Positions 24,484 through 32,000 of a stretch of DNA of 32,000 nucleotides are shown piece by piece (positions within the stretch are counted from its first letter, which is position 1; each line of letters starts with the position of its first letter). This DNA is from Aigarchaeota archaeon (GTDB taxonomy: Archaea > Thermoproteota > Nitrososphaeria_A > Caldarchaeales > Calditenuaceae). A program made the translations under genes and the position numbers. The notes beneath the pieces were generated by a model. It saw nothing but the letters and a program-made list of their open reading frames with translations. It had not been told where the DNA came from and made no database searches. The DNA lies in assembly GCA_025059745.1 (NCBI GenBank), contig JANXDH010000004.1, positions 481,204-513,203 on the forward strand, in the 5' to 3' direction.

Positions 24484-25462
24484 AGGACGCAAGGTGCGAG
24501 AGGAAGGTGACTAATTGAACCTCGGGCGTCGCTCCCTGGGAGATCCTGTAGTCGATCTCGCCGAGTAAAGATACCGCCTTCAACTTCTTCTCCTCTGGAA
24601 TCGAGAGATAGAAGACTTCTCGGTAGATCTGGACCAGCAGCTCACGCTCTGAGACGCCATTAACGTAGAGGACGTTCCTGAGCGCATCCCTGGCCTCCAC
24701 GAGCCTACCGGCGACCGCCAACTCGAGCAACCTCCTCACGTCGGCCGCCCTCGCGACACCGGCGACCCTGTAGACCACCTCCTCGTCTATCTTGCTGGAC
24801 AGGGTAGCGGAGACTTGGAGGAGGTTTATGGCCCTCCGTAGGTCGCCCTCCGAGAGGTTGACGATGGCGTTGGTGGCACCCTCGTTGATGGACAAGTTCT
24901 CTCGAGCAGAGATCCTTTTGAGGGCCTCCACCACGTGACGTTCGTCAATGGGTCTGAACCTGAAGACCGTGCATCTAGACTGAATGGGCTCGATGATCCT
25001 GCTGGAGTAATTGGCGGCTAGGATGAACCTACACGTCGAGGAAAACTGTTCCATTACTCTCCTGAAGGCGTGTTGCGCCTCATCGGTCAGCTGGTCGCTC
25101 TCGTCCAACAACAGTATCTTGAAACCGACACCGCCCAACGGTATAGTCCGGGCGAAGTTCTTGACCTTCTCCCTGATAGTGTCTATGCCCCTCTCGTCGC
25201 TCGCGTTTATCTCCATAAAGAGCCCAACGTCTATGTACTCCGGGCCGAAGAGGTCCCTCGCGAATGCGTGGGCGGTGGCTGTCTTACCGACCCCCGGAGG
25301 GCCTGCGAAGAGCATGTGAGGCATGACCTTGGTCCTGAGCACGGTCCTGAGGCTCTTGACCACCTCCTCTTGGTCTATTACCTCGTCCAACGTTTTGGGC
25401 CTGTACTTCTCCACCCAAGGCATCGACTCGTTTACATCCATACCGCTTAGTATTCCTAACAT
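24458..25462 (-). CDS. rfcS: replication factor C small subunit
   Basis: PWVEKYRPKTLDEV, Walker A GPPGVGKT, Walker B LLLDESDQLT and the SRC motif IQSRCTVFRF. ATG 25441 (MDVNESMPWVEKYRP) fits the TATA-like GATAATAATG better than 25462 does. Confidence 0.93.
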   Translation of the reverse strand: MLGILSGMDVNESMPWVEKYRPKTLDEVIDQEEVVKSLRTVLRTKVMPHMLFAGPPGVGKTATAHAFARDLFGPEYIDVGLFMEINASDERGIDTIREKVKNFARTIPLGGVGFKILLLDESDQLTDEAQHAFRRVMEQFSSTCRFILAANYSSRIIEPIQSRCTVFRFRPIDERHVVEALKRISARENLSINEGATNAIVNLSEGDLRRAINLLQVSATLSSKIDEEVVYRVAGVARAADVRRLLELAVAGRLVEARDALRNVLYVNGVSERELLVQIYREVFYLSIPEEKKLKAVSLLGEIDYRISQGATPEVQLVTFLSHLASYASEGKGR

Positions 25463-25491
25463 GTGGTCATTATTATCGGTAACTACCCCGG

Positions 25492-26229
25492 CTATCTCAG
25501 CCCAAAAAACTCTCTGGTGTTCTCGTAGAGCACCTCAACGACCTTGGACGTTGGTACTGAGGTCAACCTAGCTATCCACTCCACGGTATACGTCACGTTC
25601 ATAGGTTCGTTGAGGGAACTGTTCGTAGGACCTAGGAAAGGCGCATCAGTCTCGAGCATCAGGGACCTTAGGCCGAGCCTCTTGACGAGTTGCTTCTTCT
25701 GCTGTGATGTGACTATCCTAGGGGGTATCGAGAACATCACGCCCCTCTCACTCGCTCTCTTAGCTAAGTCTATTGGTCCGTCATATGCGTGCATGTTTAC
25801 CCTATCCAAATTGGAGCCGAGGAGTATCTCAATCACCTGCCTTCCTGCGTATCTGGAGTGGGTGATGAGCGGTTTATCGAGGGTCCTCGCGGCCTCTATA
25901 AACTGACGGAAGACCACCTCCTGGTCTTTGAGCGAACCAAGGTCTCCCCTGTAAAGGTCTAAGCCGACCTCACCGATAGCGACTATCCTGCCTGGGTTAC
26001 CGTAGATCAAGTCTAGGACCTCATCGTAGCCGGCCGTATTATAGGGCTCTATGCCTAGGGACACTAAAACGTCTCCGTCGATCATCTCGAGCGCCCTCAC
26101 GGAGTCCGAGGGGCCCAGCCCACAGGTGATTATCTTCTCGACCCCCATTATCTTGGCGACCGAGATCACCCTATCCCGGCGATCGTAGAGCAAGGGATGT
26201 GTGAGGTGCGCGTGTACGTCTATATACAT
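25492..26229 (-). CDS. tatD: TatD-family metal-dependent hydrolase/deoxyribonuclease
   Basis: MYIDVHAHL is the canonical TatD N-terminus, and GEVGLD and ETDAPF motifs are present. The 124-aa upstream extension in the track ORF is Ser/Leu/Pro-rich antisense-type sequence and overlaps a better plus-strand ORF. Confidence 0.85.
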   Translation of the reverse strand: MYIDVHAHLTHPLLYDRRDRVISVAKIMGVEKIITCGLGPSDSVRALEMIDGDVLVSLGIEPYNTAGYDEVLDLIYGNPGRIVAIGEVGLDLYRGDLGSLKDQEVVFRQFIEAARTLDKPLITHSRYAGRQVIEILLGSNLDRVNMHAYDGPIDLAKRASERGVMFSIPPRIVTSQQKKQLVKRLGLRSLMLETDAPFLGPTNSSLNEPMNVTYTVEWIARLTSVPTSKVVEVLYENTREFFGLR

Positions 26230-26248
26230 GTCCCCCGATCCATCTCCT

Positions 26249-26578
26249 ATGGATACAGTGCTTATATATAGGGTGATCAAGGAGCCCCGCGGGATGGACG
26301 GCCCGGTGCTCGAGTGCCTCTGCGGAAACCCCTTAACGCCCACCGGACTCTCCCTGAGGAGGGTCAACGAGACGAGGGTCGAGTTGGGCTGTCTGAACCC
26401 CTTCTGTGGACTGAGGGTGATAGGATATCTCGATGAGGTGAACGGTAGGGCGAGACTACACTTACCGAAGGTCCTGATAGAATACAACGAGGTGATGTAC
26501 GGGACAGAGGACTTGAGGACGAAGATGAAGCAGTTCAGGGAGGGAGTTATCAGACTCCTCTCGGCAATTAGGAAGTGA
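26249..26578 (+). CDS. hypothetical Cys-containing small protein (about 109 aa)
   Basis: Charged, protein-like sequence with CxC...CxxxxC (LECLCGNPL...LGCLNPFCG) and a helical C-terminus (EDLRTKMKQFREGVIRLLSAIRK). Possible starts are ATG 26228, 26249 and 26294. 26249 lies about 25 nt after TATATA (26221-26226). Confidence 0.55.
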   Translation: MDTVLIYRVIKEPRGMDGPVLECLCGNPLTPTGLSLRRVNETRVELGCLNPFCGLRVIGYLDEVNGRARLHLPKVLIEYNEVMYGTEDLRTKMKQFREGVIRLLSAIRK

Positions 26579-26602
26579 GGGAAAGAATTAATAATTCTCA
26601 AG

Positions 26603-27289
26603 GTGACAAATACAACTGAGTTGATCAGCTACGGTGGCGTAAACATCACGTGGTTGGGACACGACGGGTTCAGGATCGAGGGCGGCGGAATAGAGGCGGT
26701 CATAGACCCCTTCAGACTAATGATGAGGGGGAGGAGACCCGCGCACGTAATCTTCATCACTCACAATCACTTCGACCACTGCTCTCCGAGCGACCTCCAG
26801 AACGTCGTTGACGAGAGGGCGTCCATCGTTATCGCCGCGAGGAACTGTGAGAAGGAGCTGGTAGGGGTGGCCGCGAGGGAGGTTCGGAGCGTAGACCCGT
26901 ATCAGTCAGGTGAGGCTTACGGAATCAGGTACAGAACGGTACGAGCTTACAACGTCAATAAATTTCGTTCTCCCGGCATCCCCTTCCACTCAAAGGAGTA
27001 CGGCGGACTCGGTTTCATCATAGAGATAGAAGGCGTTAAGATCTATCACGCGGGGGATACTGACAAAATACCTGAGATGTCCTCCGTAGGTGAGGTGGAC
27101 GTCGCGCTCCTGCCTGTCAGCGGTGTCTACGTCATGACCGCTGATGAGGCGGCATCGGCCGCGGAGGTCATACGGCCCAAACTCGCCATACCCATGCACT
27201 TCGGGTCAATTGTGGGCTCCGCCTCTGACGCGGAACGCTTCAAGAGGCTCTGCAGATGCAGGGTTGAGGTCCTGAAGGTGGAGGAATGA
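26603..27289 (+). CDS. metallo-beta-lactamase-fold hydrolase (UPF0173-like)
   Basis: 228-aa ORF (GTG start) with ITWLGHDGFRIE, the His motif FITHNHFDHC, and a later HAGDTD and PMHFG. Confidence 0.85.
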   Translation: MTNTTELISYGGVNITWLGHDGFRIEGGGIEAVIDPFRLMMRGRRPAHVIFITHNHFDHCSPSDLQNVVDERASIVIAARNCEKELVGVAAREVRSVDPYQSGEAYGIRYRTVRAYNVNKFRSPGIPFHSKEYGGLGFIIEIEGVKIYHAGDTDKIPEMSSVGEVDVALLPVSGVYVMTADEAASAAEVIRPKLAIPMHFGSIVGSASDAERFKRLCRCRVEVLKVEE

Positions 27290-27726
27290 CCCGTACTTGT
27301 GAGAGACACGACGCGGTCTATTACGGCTGTCTGAACGTCTACGAAGGAGAGCTGTTGCTAAAGGTCATCGAGAGTTGGAGGTGTAGGAGGTGTGGATCGA
27401 TCAGGGTGGGCGTGAGGTGGTTCGACGAGATCTCGTCCACCGAGGGCCTCCACGATTTCCTATCCCCAGAAGATGGGAGGTGGCTCGTCCTGGTCACAAA
27501 GTCCCCACACCCTGACGCGCGACCTTTCGTCGGGAGACCCGGATCCGTCATTGAGCACGCCGGCGTCGAGTACGTCGTCGGAGAGGATTATACAGTGAGG
27601 AGGGCCGACGAGGGTGGACTGCCGACATCGGTGGCTTTCTTCAGACTCGATGAGGTCATAAAGGGATACATCGATCTCTCGACCTGGCCGCCCACTAAGT
27701 TGAGCCTGAAGACCACTCAGGGGTAA
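27286..27726 (+). CDS. hypothetical Cys-containing protein (146 aa)
   Basis: ATGA overlap with the MBL gene. The N-terminus TCERHDAVYYGCLN...WRCRRCGS suggests a zinc-binding knuckle. The rest has no recognised family. Confidence 0.55.
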   Translation: MTRTCERHDAVYYGCLNVYEGELLLKVIESWRCRRCGSIRVGVRWFDEISSTEGLHDFLSPEDGRWLVLVTKSPHPDARPFVGRPGSVIEHAGVEYVVGEDYTVRRADEGGLPTSVAFFRLDEVIKGYIDLSTWPPTKLSLKTTQG

Positions 27727-28634
27727 TCGACATCTACCCACTCAAGATCCCTTGCTATAGAGGAGTTCGCGAACGTCGCCCGCGCCTCGGTCAAGAGCTC
27801 CCCCTCCCTCCCCTCGTACCTCGGGCTGATGTGAGTGAGGTATAACCTTCTGACCCCCGCTTCCCTCGCGACGTAAGCGGCCTCGCCCGCGGTCGAGTGT
27901 CCGTCTTCGACGGCCTTTCTCTTCATGTCCTCCCCGAAGGTGGAGTCGTGGATCAGTAAATCGGCGCCTCTGCAAAAATCGATGACCGTCCTGCACGCCC
28001 TCGTGTCACCGGTGTATATCACCACCCTCCCCGGCCTCCGCGGTCCAACGACCCCCTCAGGGTCTATCCTGCGACCACCAACGATCACCGGTTCTCCGCG
28101 TTGAAGCGTGCCCCATAGGGGACCCTGAGGGACACCAAGGGCCATGAGCCGATCGACGTCGAGCTTGCCAGGCCGGTCTCTCTCCCTCAGCTTGTAACAA
28201 AGGTTCAGTACCGTATGGTCTCCCAGCTCCGCCTCGATCGAGAAGTCCCTCTCCTCGTATACGACCCCCCTCCTAATCTCGTGTATCGCGACCTCGAACC
28301 CGACCTCACCCCTGCTCCCCTCCAAGAGGTACTCGACAGACTCCCTGGTGCCCTCGGGGCCGTAGACGTGGAGCGGGTCCTCCCTTCCCAGGAGCGACAT
28401 GGTGTAGATCAGACCGGGGAGGCCCAAGGTGTGATCGGCGTGGAGGTGCGAGAGGAAAACCCTGAAGTCAGTGGGGAACCCGAGGCCAGCGGATACTATC
28501 TGCCTGCAAGTACCCTCGCCGCAGTCGAAGAGGATGAGGGATCCCGAGAACTTAACGCCGACAGAGGGCATCCCCCTGAACTTGGAAGGCATCCCCCCGC
28601 TGGTCCCCAGAAAGACCACGGACATCCTGGTCAT
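27717..28634 (-). CDS. rnz: ribonuclease Z (tRNA 3' endonuclease)
   Basis: 305-aa ORF with VFLGTSGGMP, the His motif LSHLHADHTLGLPGL, and C-terminal HSTAGEAA and LTHISPRY. Confidence 0.9.
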   Translation of the reverse strand: MTRMSVVFLGTSGGMPSKFRGMPSVGVKFSGSLILFDCGEGTCRQIVSAGLGFPTDFRVFLSHLHADHTLGLPGLIYTMSLLGREDPLHVYGPEGTRESVEYLLEGSRGEVGFEVAIHEIRRGVVYEERDFSIEAELGDHTVLNLCYKLRERDRPGKLDVDRLMALGVPQGPLWGTLQRGEPVIVGGRRIDPEGVVGPRRPGRVVIYTGDTRACRTVIDFCRGADLLIHDSTFGEDMKRKAVEDGHSTAGEAAYVAREAGVRRLYLTHISPRYEGREGELLTEARATFANSSIARDLEWVDVDYP

Positions 28635-29641
28635 CTTATGACCGTAACGGCTATCCTCCTTATTAGCGATGAGTGAACGAAGTAGCTGTAACTCCCACTT
28701 ACCTCCAGCCCGCTCCCCTCGATGACCTCTCTTATGGGACCCGTCGAGGGATACGATATGACCATCTTTGCGCCCCTTCTCAGATAACTCGAGATCTCCG
28801 AGAGGAAGTCGTTGATCAGCGCCCTCAGGTCCCTCCCGCTGACATAAGTCGACTTGCCGTAGGGTGGATCGGTCGCTACGCCGTCTACTTGGCGGTGTAG
28901 CGGCAACCTCCTCGCGTCACCGACAACCATATGTCCATCCCCCGGCTTCAGACTCACCAAGTTCCTATATCCTCCCCTCGCTATCCACCTCCTGATTTCT
29001 ATACCGATAGCCTCGTAACCCAGTATCGTCGCCTCTATAGGGATACTGCCAGTACCTGCGAACGGGTCCAGTATTACACCGCCTATTGGAGTCTCTGTAA
29101 GGTTTACCATACACCGGGCGAGTTTGGGTTGTAAGAGGGAGGGGTGTCTGAACGGCCTCTTCGCGGGACTCCTCCACTCGAACTCCCTCGAACCCCTCTC
29201 CACCAAAAGAGTCGCCAACACTACTACACTCGGGTCGACGTACACCCTTATCGTTCTCGTCGGTCTCTCGAGGTCGATCTTTACGTTCGGGTTGGCCCTC
29301 TTGATATTTGCGCCCACCCTCCTCTCGAGCTCGATCGAGGGTACGCTTAGATTGCCTAGCTTCTTCACCCTAACCGCGACTCTCTCTCCGTCGGCGACCT
29401 GTAACGGGAGTTCTCCCTCAATTCGGTTTAGGGTACCGTGGTACACGGAGAGCTCCTTGAGGAAGGCGCTCCTCCTCAACATCTCCAAGGATTTGTCACG
29501 AGGGCACTCTAGTTTAGCTAGGCGAGACGTTATCAGTTCTGGCTCGTTCTCTAACGTTAAGACCTTTGCGAGCGACCTAAGCTCCGCGAAAGCTAGCTCC
29601 GGACACTCGCCTGAGAGGAGATATAGGTGGTGTTCCCGCAT
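28631..29641 (-). CDS. THUMP-domain tRNA (guanine-N2)-methyltransferase, Trm11/Trm-G10-like
   Basis: LYLLSGECPELAFAELRSL N-terminus, then a THUMP-like region, SAM motif ILDPFAGTGSI and catalytic TDPPYG. I use ATG 29641 (M15 of the track ORF), 1 nt after the prs stop. ATGA overlap with rnz. Confidence 0.82.
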   Translation of the reverse strand: MREHHLYLLSGECPELAFAELRSLAKVLTLENEPELITSRLAKLECPRDKSLEMLRRSAFLKELSVYHGTLNRIEGELPLQVADGERVAVRVKKLGNLSVPSIELERRVGANIKRANPNVKIDLERPTRTIRVYVDPSVVVLATLLVERGSREFEWRSPAKRPFRHPSLLQPKLARCMVNLTETPIGGVILDPFAGTGSIPIEATILGYEAIGIEIRRWIARGGYRNLVSLKPGDGHMVVGDARRLPLHRQVDGVATDPPYGKSTYVSGRDLRALINDFLSEISSYLRRGAKMVISYPSTGPIREVIEGSGLEVSGSYSYFVHSSLIRRIAVTVIR

Positions 29642-29642
29642 T

Positions 29643-30536
29643 TCATCTGAGATAAGCGAGTAAGTCCGCGATCGGTTCTGCAACGCTCACCTTCGAGTAG
29701 GGGGTATCTACCGTATCAGTCGACAGTATCATGTCCGCACCGGCCCTGAAGACCTTGCTGTCGGCGCCCCCCACGAACAGACCGTGAACGCACGCCGCGA
29801 TCACCCTCCTCGCACCCATACTCCTTACCGCCTCTATGAGCCTGATCATGGTCCCTCCCGTGCTGATCAAGTCGTCTATCAACAGGACTGTGTAACCCCT
29901 CAGGTCGCCCACTCCAATCTCCACCCTAACGTCTCCCCTCTCCGGGTCCCGGAAACTCTTCACGTGTGACGACTCTACGTCGAGGACCGAAGCGGCCTCT
30001 CTTGCCATGGCCTCCCCCTTCTTACCGGGTGAGAGTACTATAGCCGGCCTCTCTATCAGATGCTTGAGGTACTCGCAGACTCTCGGTACGGCGTCCACGA
30101 TCTTAAAAGAGATCAGACCGTCTTGGAGCGCCCAAGGCGAGTGGGGGTTCACGGTTATGACCCGCTCGACCCCAGAGGACCTCAGTAGATTAATGACGAC
30201 CTTCAGGCTGACCACCTCGCCTTCCAAGAAAGTCTTATCCTGCCTCGCGTACGCAAGGTACGGCATGACCACTGTCAACCTATCAGCCCCTAGGTCCCTG
30301 AGACCCTGACACAGGAGAACGGTCTGGACGAGGTGCCTGTCCTGAGGGGGGTGTGTTCCTTGGACGAGTACAACGTGACCGCCCACCTTATCGGTTACCC
30401 TGAAGTACGACTCCCCGTCAGGGAAGGTCTTGTGTATCAGCCTCACCGGCTCCACTCTTAATATTTTTGATATCTTCTGCCCGAGCTTCTCTGATGACGG
30501 TCCCACTACGAGCATCAATCCGTGTATCTGTGACAA
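29643..30536 (-). CDS. prs: ribose-phosphate pyrophosphokinase
   Basis: 297-aa ORF with FPDGESYFRV, MPYLAYARQDK and the PRPP-binding loop VLLIDDLISTGGT. Confidence 0.9.
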   Translation of the reverse strand: MSQIHGLMLVVGPSSEKLGQKISKILRVEPVRLIHKTFPDGESYFRVTDKVGGHVVLVQGTHPPQDRHLVQTVLLCQGLRDLGADRLTVVMPYLAYARQDKTFLEGEVVSLKVVINLLRSSGVERVITVNPHSPWALQDGLISFKIVDAVPRVCEYLKHLIERPAIVLSPGKKGEAMAREAASVLDVESSHVKSFRDPERGDVRVEIGVGDLRGYTVLLIDDLISTGGTMIRLIEAVRSMGARRVIAACVHGLFVGGADSKVFRAGADMILSTDTVDTPYSKVSVAEPIADLLAYLR

Positions 30537-30566
30537 ACGCCCCTTTATAGATACATCTACAGGTCT

Positions 30567-31238
30567 TCAGCCTCCCCGGACTTCTCGCATTGTCTCTCTC
30601 CTTCTGATGTACGGCACGACCCTGATGACCGCCTTCTCAATAGCGGTTGCGGGAACGTATGAGAGGGGCACGTGTATCAGGTTGAAGAGCGCGTTGAACG
30701 CCACCATCACCGATACCAGAGCGATGGGCTCCTCGAACGTGAACCCTAACCGTGAGAGTTGCGCCTGAGCGAACGGCAGGTACACCTCGGGGAATAGCGC
30801 GTAGTACAGAACGAAAGTGGCCATGGCCATTCCACCGACCCTGAAGACGATCCCCCCTAACACATCGAGGTGTGCCGCTCTCCTCTTCATGACCCTTCTG
30901 AACGCTTCTATTCCGACCATCATGAGGACCACAGCAAGCAGCTTCATGGTCGGCCCCACCAACCTGTGAAACGGAGTGCCCATGTTCAGGGCCATCCAGT
31001 GGGCGAACGTCGCTACGAGCCCGCCCTTCAGTCCGAAGAACATGTACGCTAACAGGTCAGCGACCTCTGAGAAGTCAAAGCTCAGGAACGGCAGTATCGG
31101 GTATGGCGCGTTCAATCTCAATATCGAGATCGCGTACGCTATCGCGGAGAGCATCGCTACTCCGGCGACCCATCTAGCGTCGACCACTTTCACATCGTTT
31201 GCTAAACGTAATCTGTTATTTAAATATCGCGAAGTCAT
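30567..31238 (-). CDS. ECF-transporter S-component-like membrane protein
   Basis: 223-aa ORF with about 6 transmembrane helices and the LSFDFSEVADLLAYMFFGLKGG motif, which resembles the FDxSxIPvl..G...G signature of ECF substrate-binding S components. Substrate unknown. Confidence 0.65.
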   Translation of the reverse strand: MTSRYLNNRLRLANDVKVVDARWVAGVAMLSAIAYAISILRLNAPYPILPFLSFDFSEVADLLAYMFFGLKGGLVATFAHWMALNMGTPFHRLVGPTMKLLAVVLMMVGIEAFRRVMKRRAAHLDVLGGIVFRVGGMAMATFVLYYALFPEVYLPFAQAQLSRLGFTFEEPIALVSVMVAFNALFNLIHVPLSYVPATAIEKAVIRVVPYIRRRETMREVRGG

Positions 31239-31287
31239 TTTCGCAAAAAATATGAATTATCTCTATTTTTTATCGCTATATATTCGC

Positions 31288-31581
31288 TCATTTCTGAATG
31301 TTTAATGCTATTTTTATCAAGTCATTTATCGTTTCTTTTCCTTTCACCGAGACGACCCTTGAACGACCTACCTCGTATATCGTGACGAGGCCCGCGCCTT
31401 TGAGGACCTGGACGTGCCTATAGATCGCCGTGTACTTCACCTTAAGGGACCTAGAGAGCGCCTTGATGTGGAGGGGCTTGTCACTCTTGAGGACCGTCTG
31501 GAGTATCTGTAACCTGATCGGGCTTCCCAGAGCACCAAATATTCTAGCTAGTTGGGTTAAATCTAACTGATCTATCTGCAC
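31288..31581 (-). CDS. ArsR/SmtB-family winged-helix transcriptional regulator
   Basis: 97-aa ORF (GTG start): FGALGSPIRLQILQTVLKSDKPLHIKALSRSLKVKYTAIYRHVQVLKGAGLV. It is noticeably more AT-rich than neighbouring genes. Confidence 0.85.
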   Translation of the reverse strand: MQIDQLDLTQLARIFGALGSPIRLQILQTVLKSDKPLHIKALSRSLKVKYTAIYRHVQVLKGAGLVTIYEVGRSRVVSVKGKETINDLIKIALNIQK

Positions 31582-31674
31582 ATATCTATGAATAAGTTAA
31601 AACGAAATAAGGATTCTTACTCAGATACGAGTTACTACTCATTATTGATATATAACTCAAACTCGGTAATTTAC

Positions 31675-32000
31675 GTGCGAACTACGTTCATAACCACCAC
31701 AGCAGTACTCGCCACGATCGCGATAGTCCTCGGAGTGCTACCATTCAGCTTCCCCTTCCCAATAGTCCCCTACCTCCGCTTCGACCTTGGAGAGATTCCC
31801 GTATTCATGGCCTTCTATGCTCTCGGGCCGCTCGCCTCCTTCATTGCCGCGACAGCGTACTTCCTCGTCCTCCTCGTCTTCGGATCGTTCACCCCGATAG
31901 GTCCGTTGATGAAGTACGCTGCACTGCTGAGCACGCTGGCCGGTGCCTGGGTCGGAGCGATGCTCGCGAGGAACAGGGGGATGGTGACTTTCATGGCGCT
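31675..32000 (+). CDS. second ECF S-component-like membrane protein, 5' part (runs off the window end)
   Basis: The frame is open from GTG 31675 to the window edge: ...LPFSFPFPIVPYLRFDLGEIPVFMAFYALGPLASF..., a paralog of the 30567-31238 product. TATA-like GATATATAAC at 31647-31656. Confidence 0.65.
   Translation, partial: MRTTFITTTAVLATIAIVLGVLPFSFPFPIVPYLRFDLGEIPVFMAFYALGPLASFIAATAYFLVLLVFGSFTPIGPLMKYAALLSTLAGAWVGAMLARNRGMVTFMA

Noticed and set aside
26230-26601. 124-aa N-terminal extension of the tatD ORF (track ORF 25492-26601)
   Set aside because: The extension is Ser/Leu/Pro/Thr-rich, precedes the canonical MYIDVHAHL TatD start, and is antisense to a much more protein-like plus-strand ORF (26249-26578).
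1-32000. CRISPR arrays, transposases/IS elements, toxin-antitoxin pairs, inteins in polB/rfc/cdc6
   Set aside because: I saw no regularly spaced direct repeats, no recognisable transposase or integrase motifs, no small paired ORFs with PIN/VapB-type signatures, and replication proteins of normal length without intein blocks. This was an inspection by eye, not an exhaustive computation.

Overview
This window looks like a core-chromosome segment of a GC-moderate archaeon. TATA-box and leaderless promoter architecture, BHB-type tRNA introns and a stand-alone 5S rRNA gene suggest Thermoproteota (Crenarchaeota/TACK). It is densely coded, mostly by housekeeping genes. Replication genes: a PolB2-type family B polymerase, Orc1/Cdc6, and RFC small and large subunits. 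RNA genes: five tRNAs (three with introns, one in the T-arm) and 5S rRNA. RNA-processing and translation genes: archease, RNase Z, Trm11-like THUMP methyltransferase, Gar1, SRP19, S8e, Rio1 and TatD. Metabolic genes: pyrC, thrB, prs, an aminotransferase, an MDR dehydrogenase, a nitrilase-family hydrolase and a MenA-like prenyltransferase. There is also a coxG/MoxR/VWA/moeA maturation cluster and an ArsR regulator flanked by two ECF S-component-like paralogs. I found no CRISPR array, transposase, integrase or recognisable defence system. The most unusual items are: (i) a three-gene operon of small helical protein, PolB2-like polymerase with a degenerate motif C, and PqqD/RRE-like protein; (ii) a near-identical ~28-nt promoter element shared by that operon and orc1/cdc6; (iii) a tRNA-Asn T-arm intron with a textbook bulge-helix-bulge core; (iv) a MenA-like prenyltransferase carrying an unassigned N-terminal domain, coupled to a PNPOx-like gene. 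All family calls come from motif recognition by eye, with no database search.
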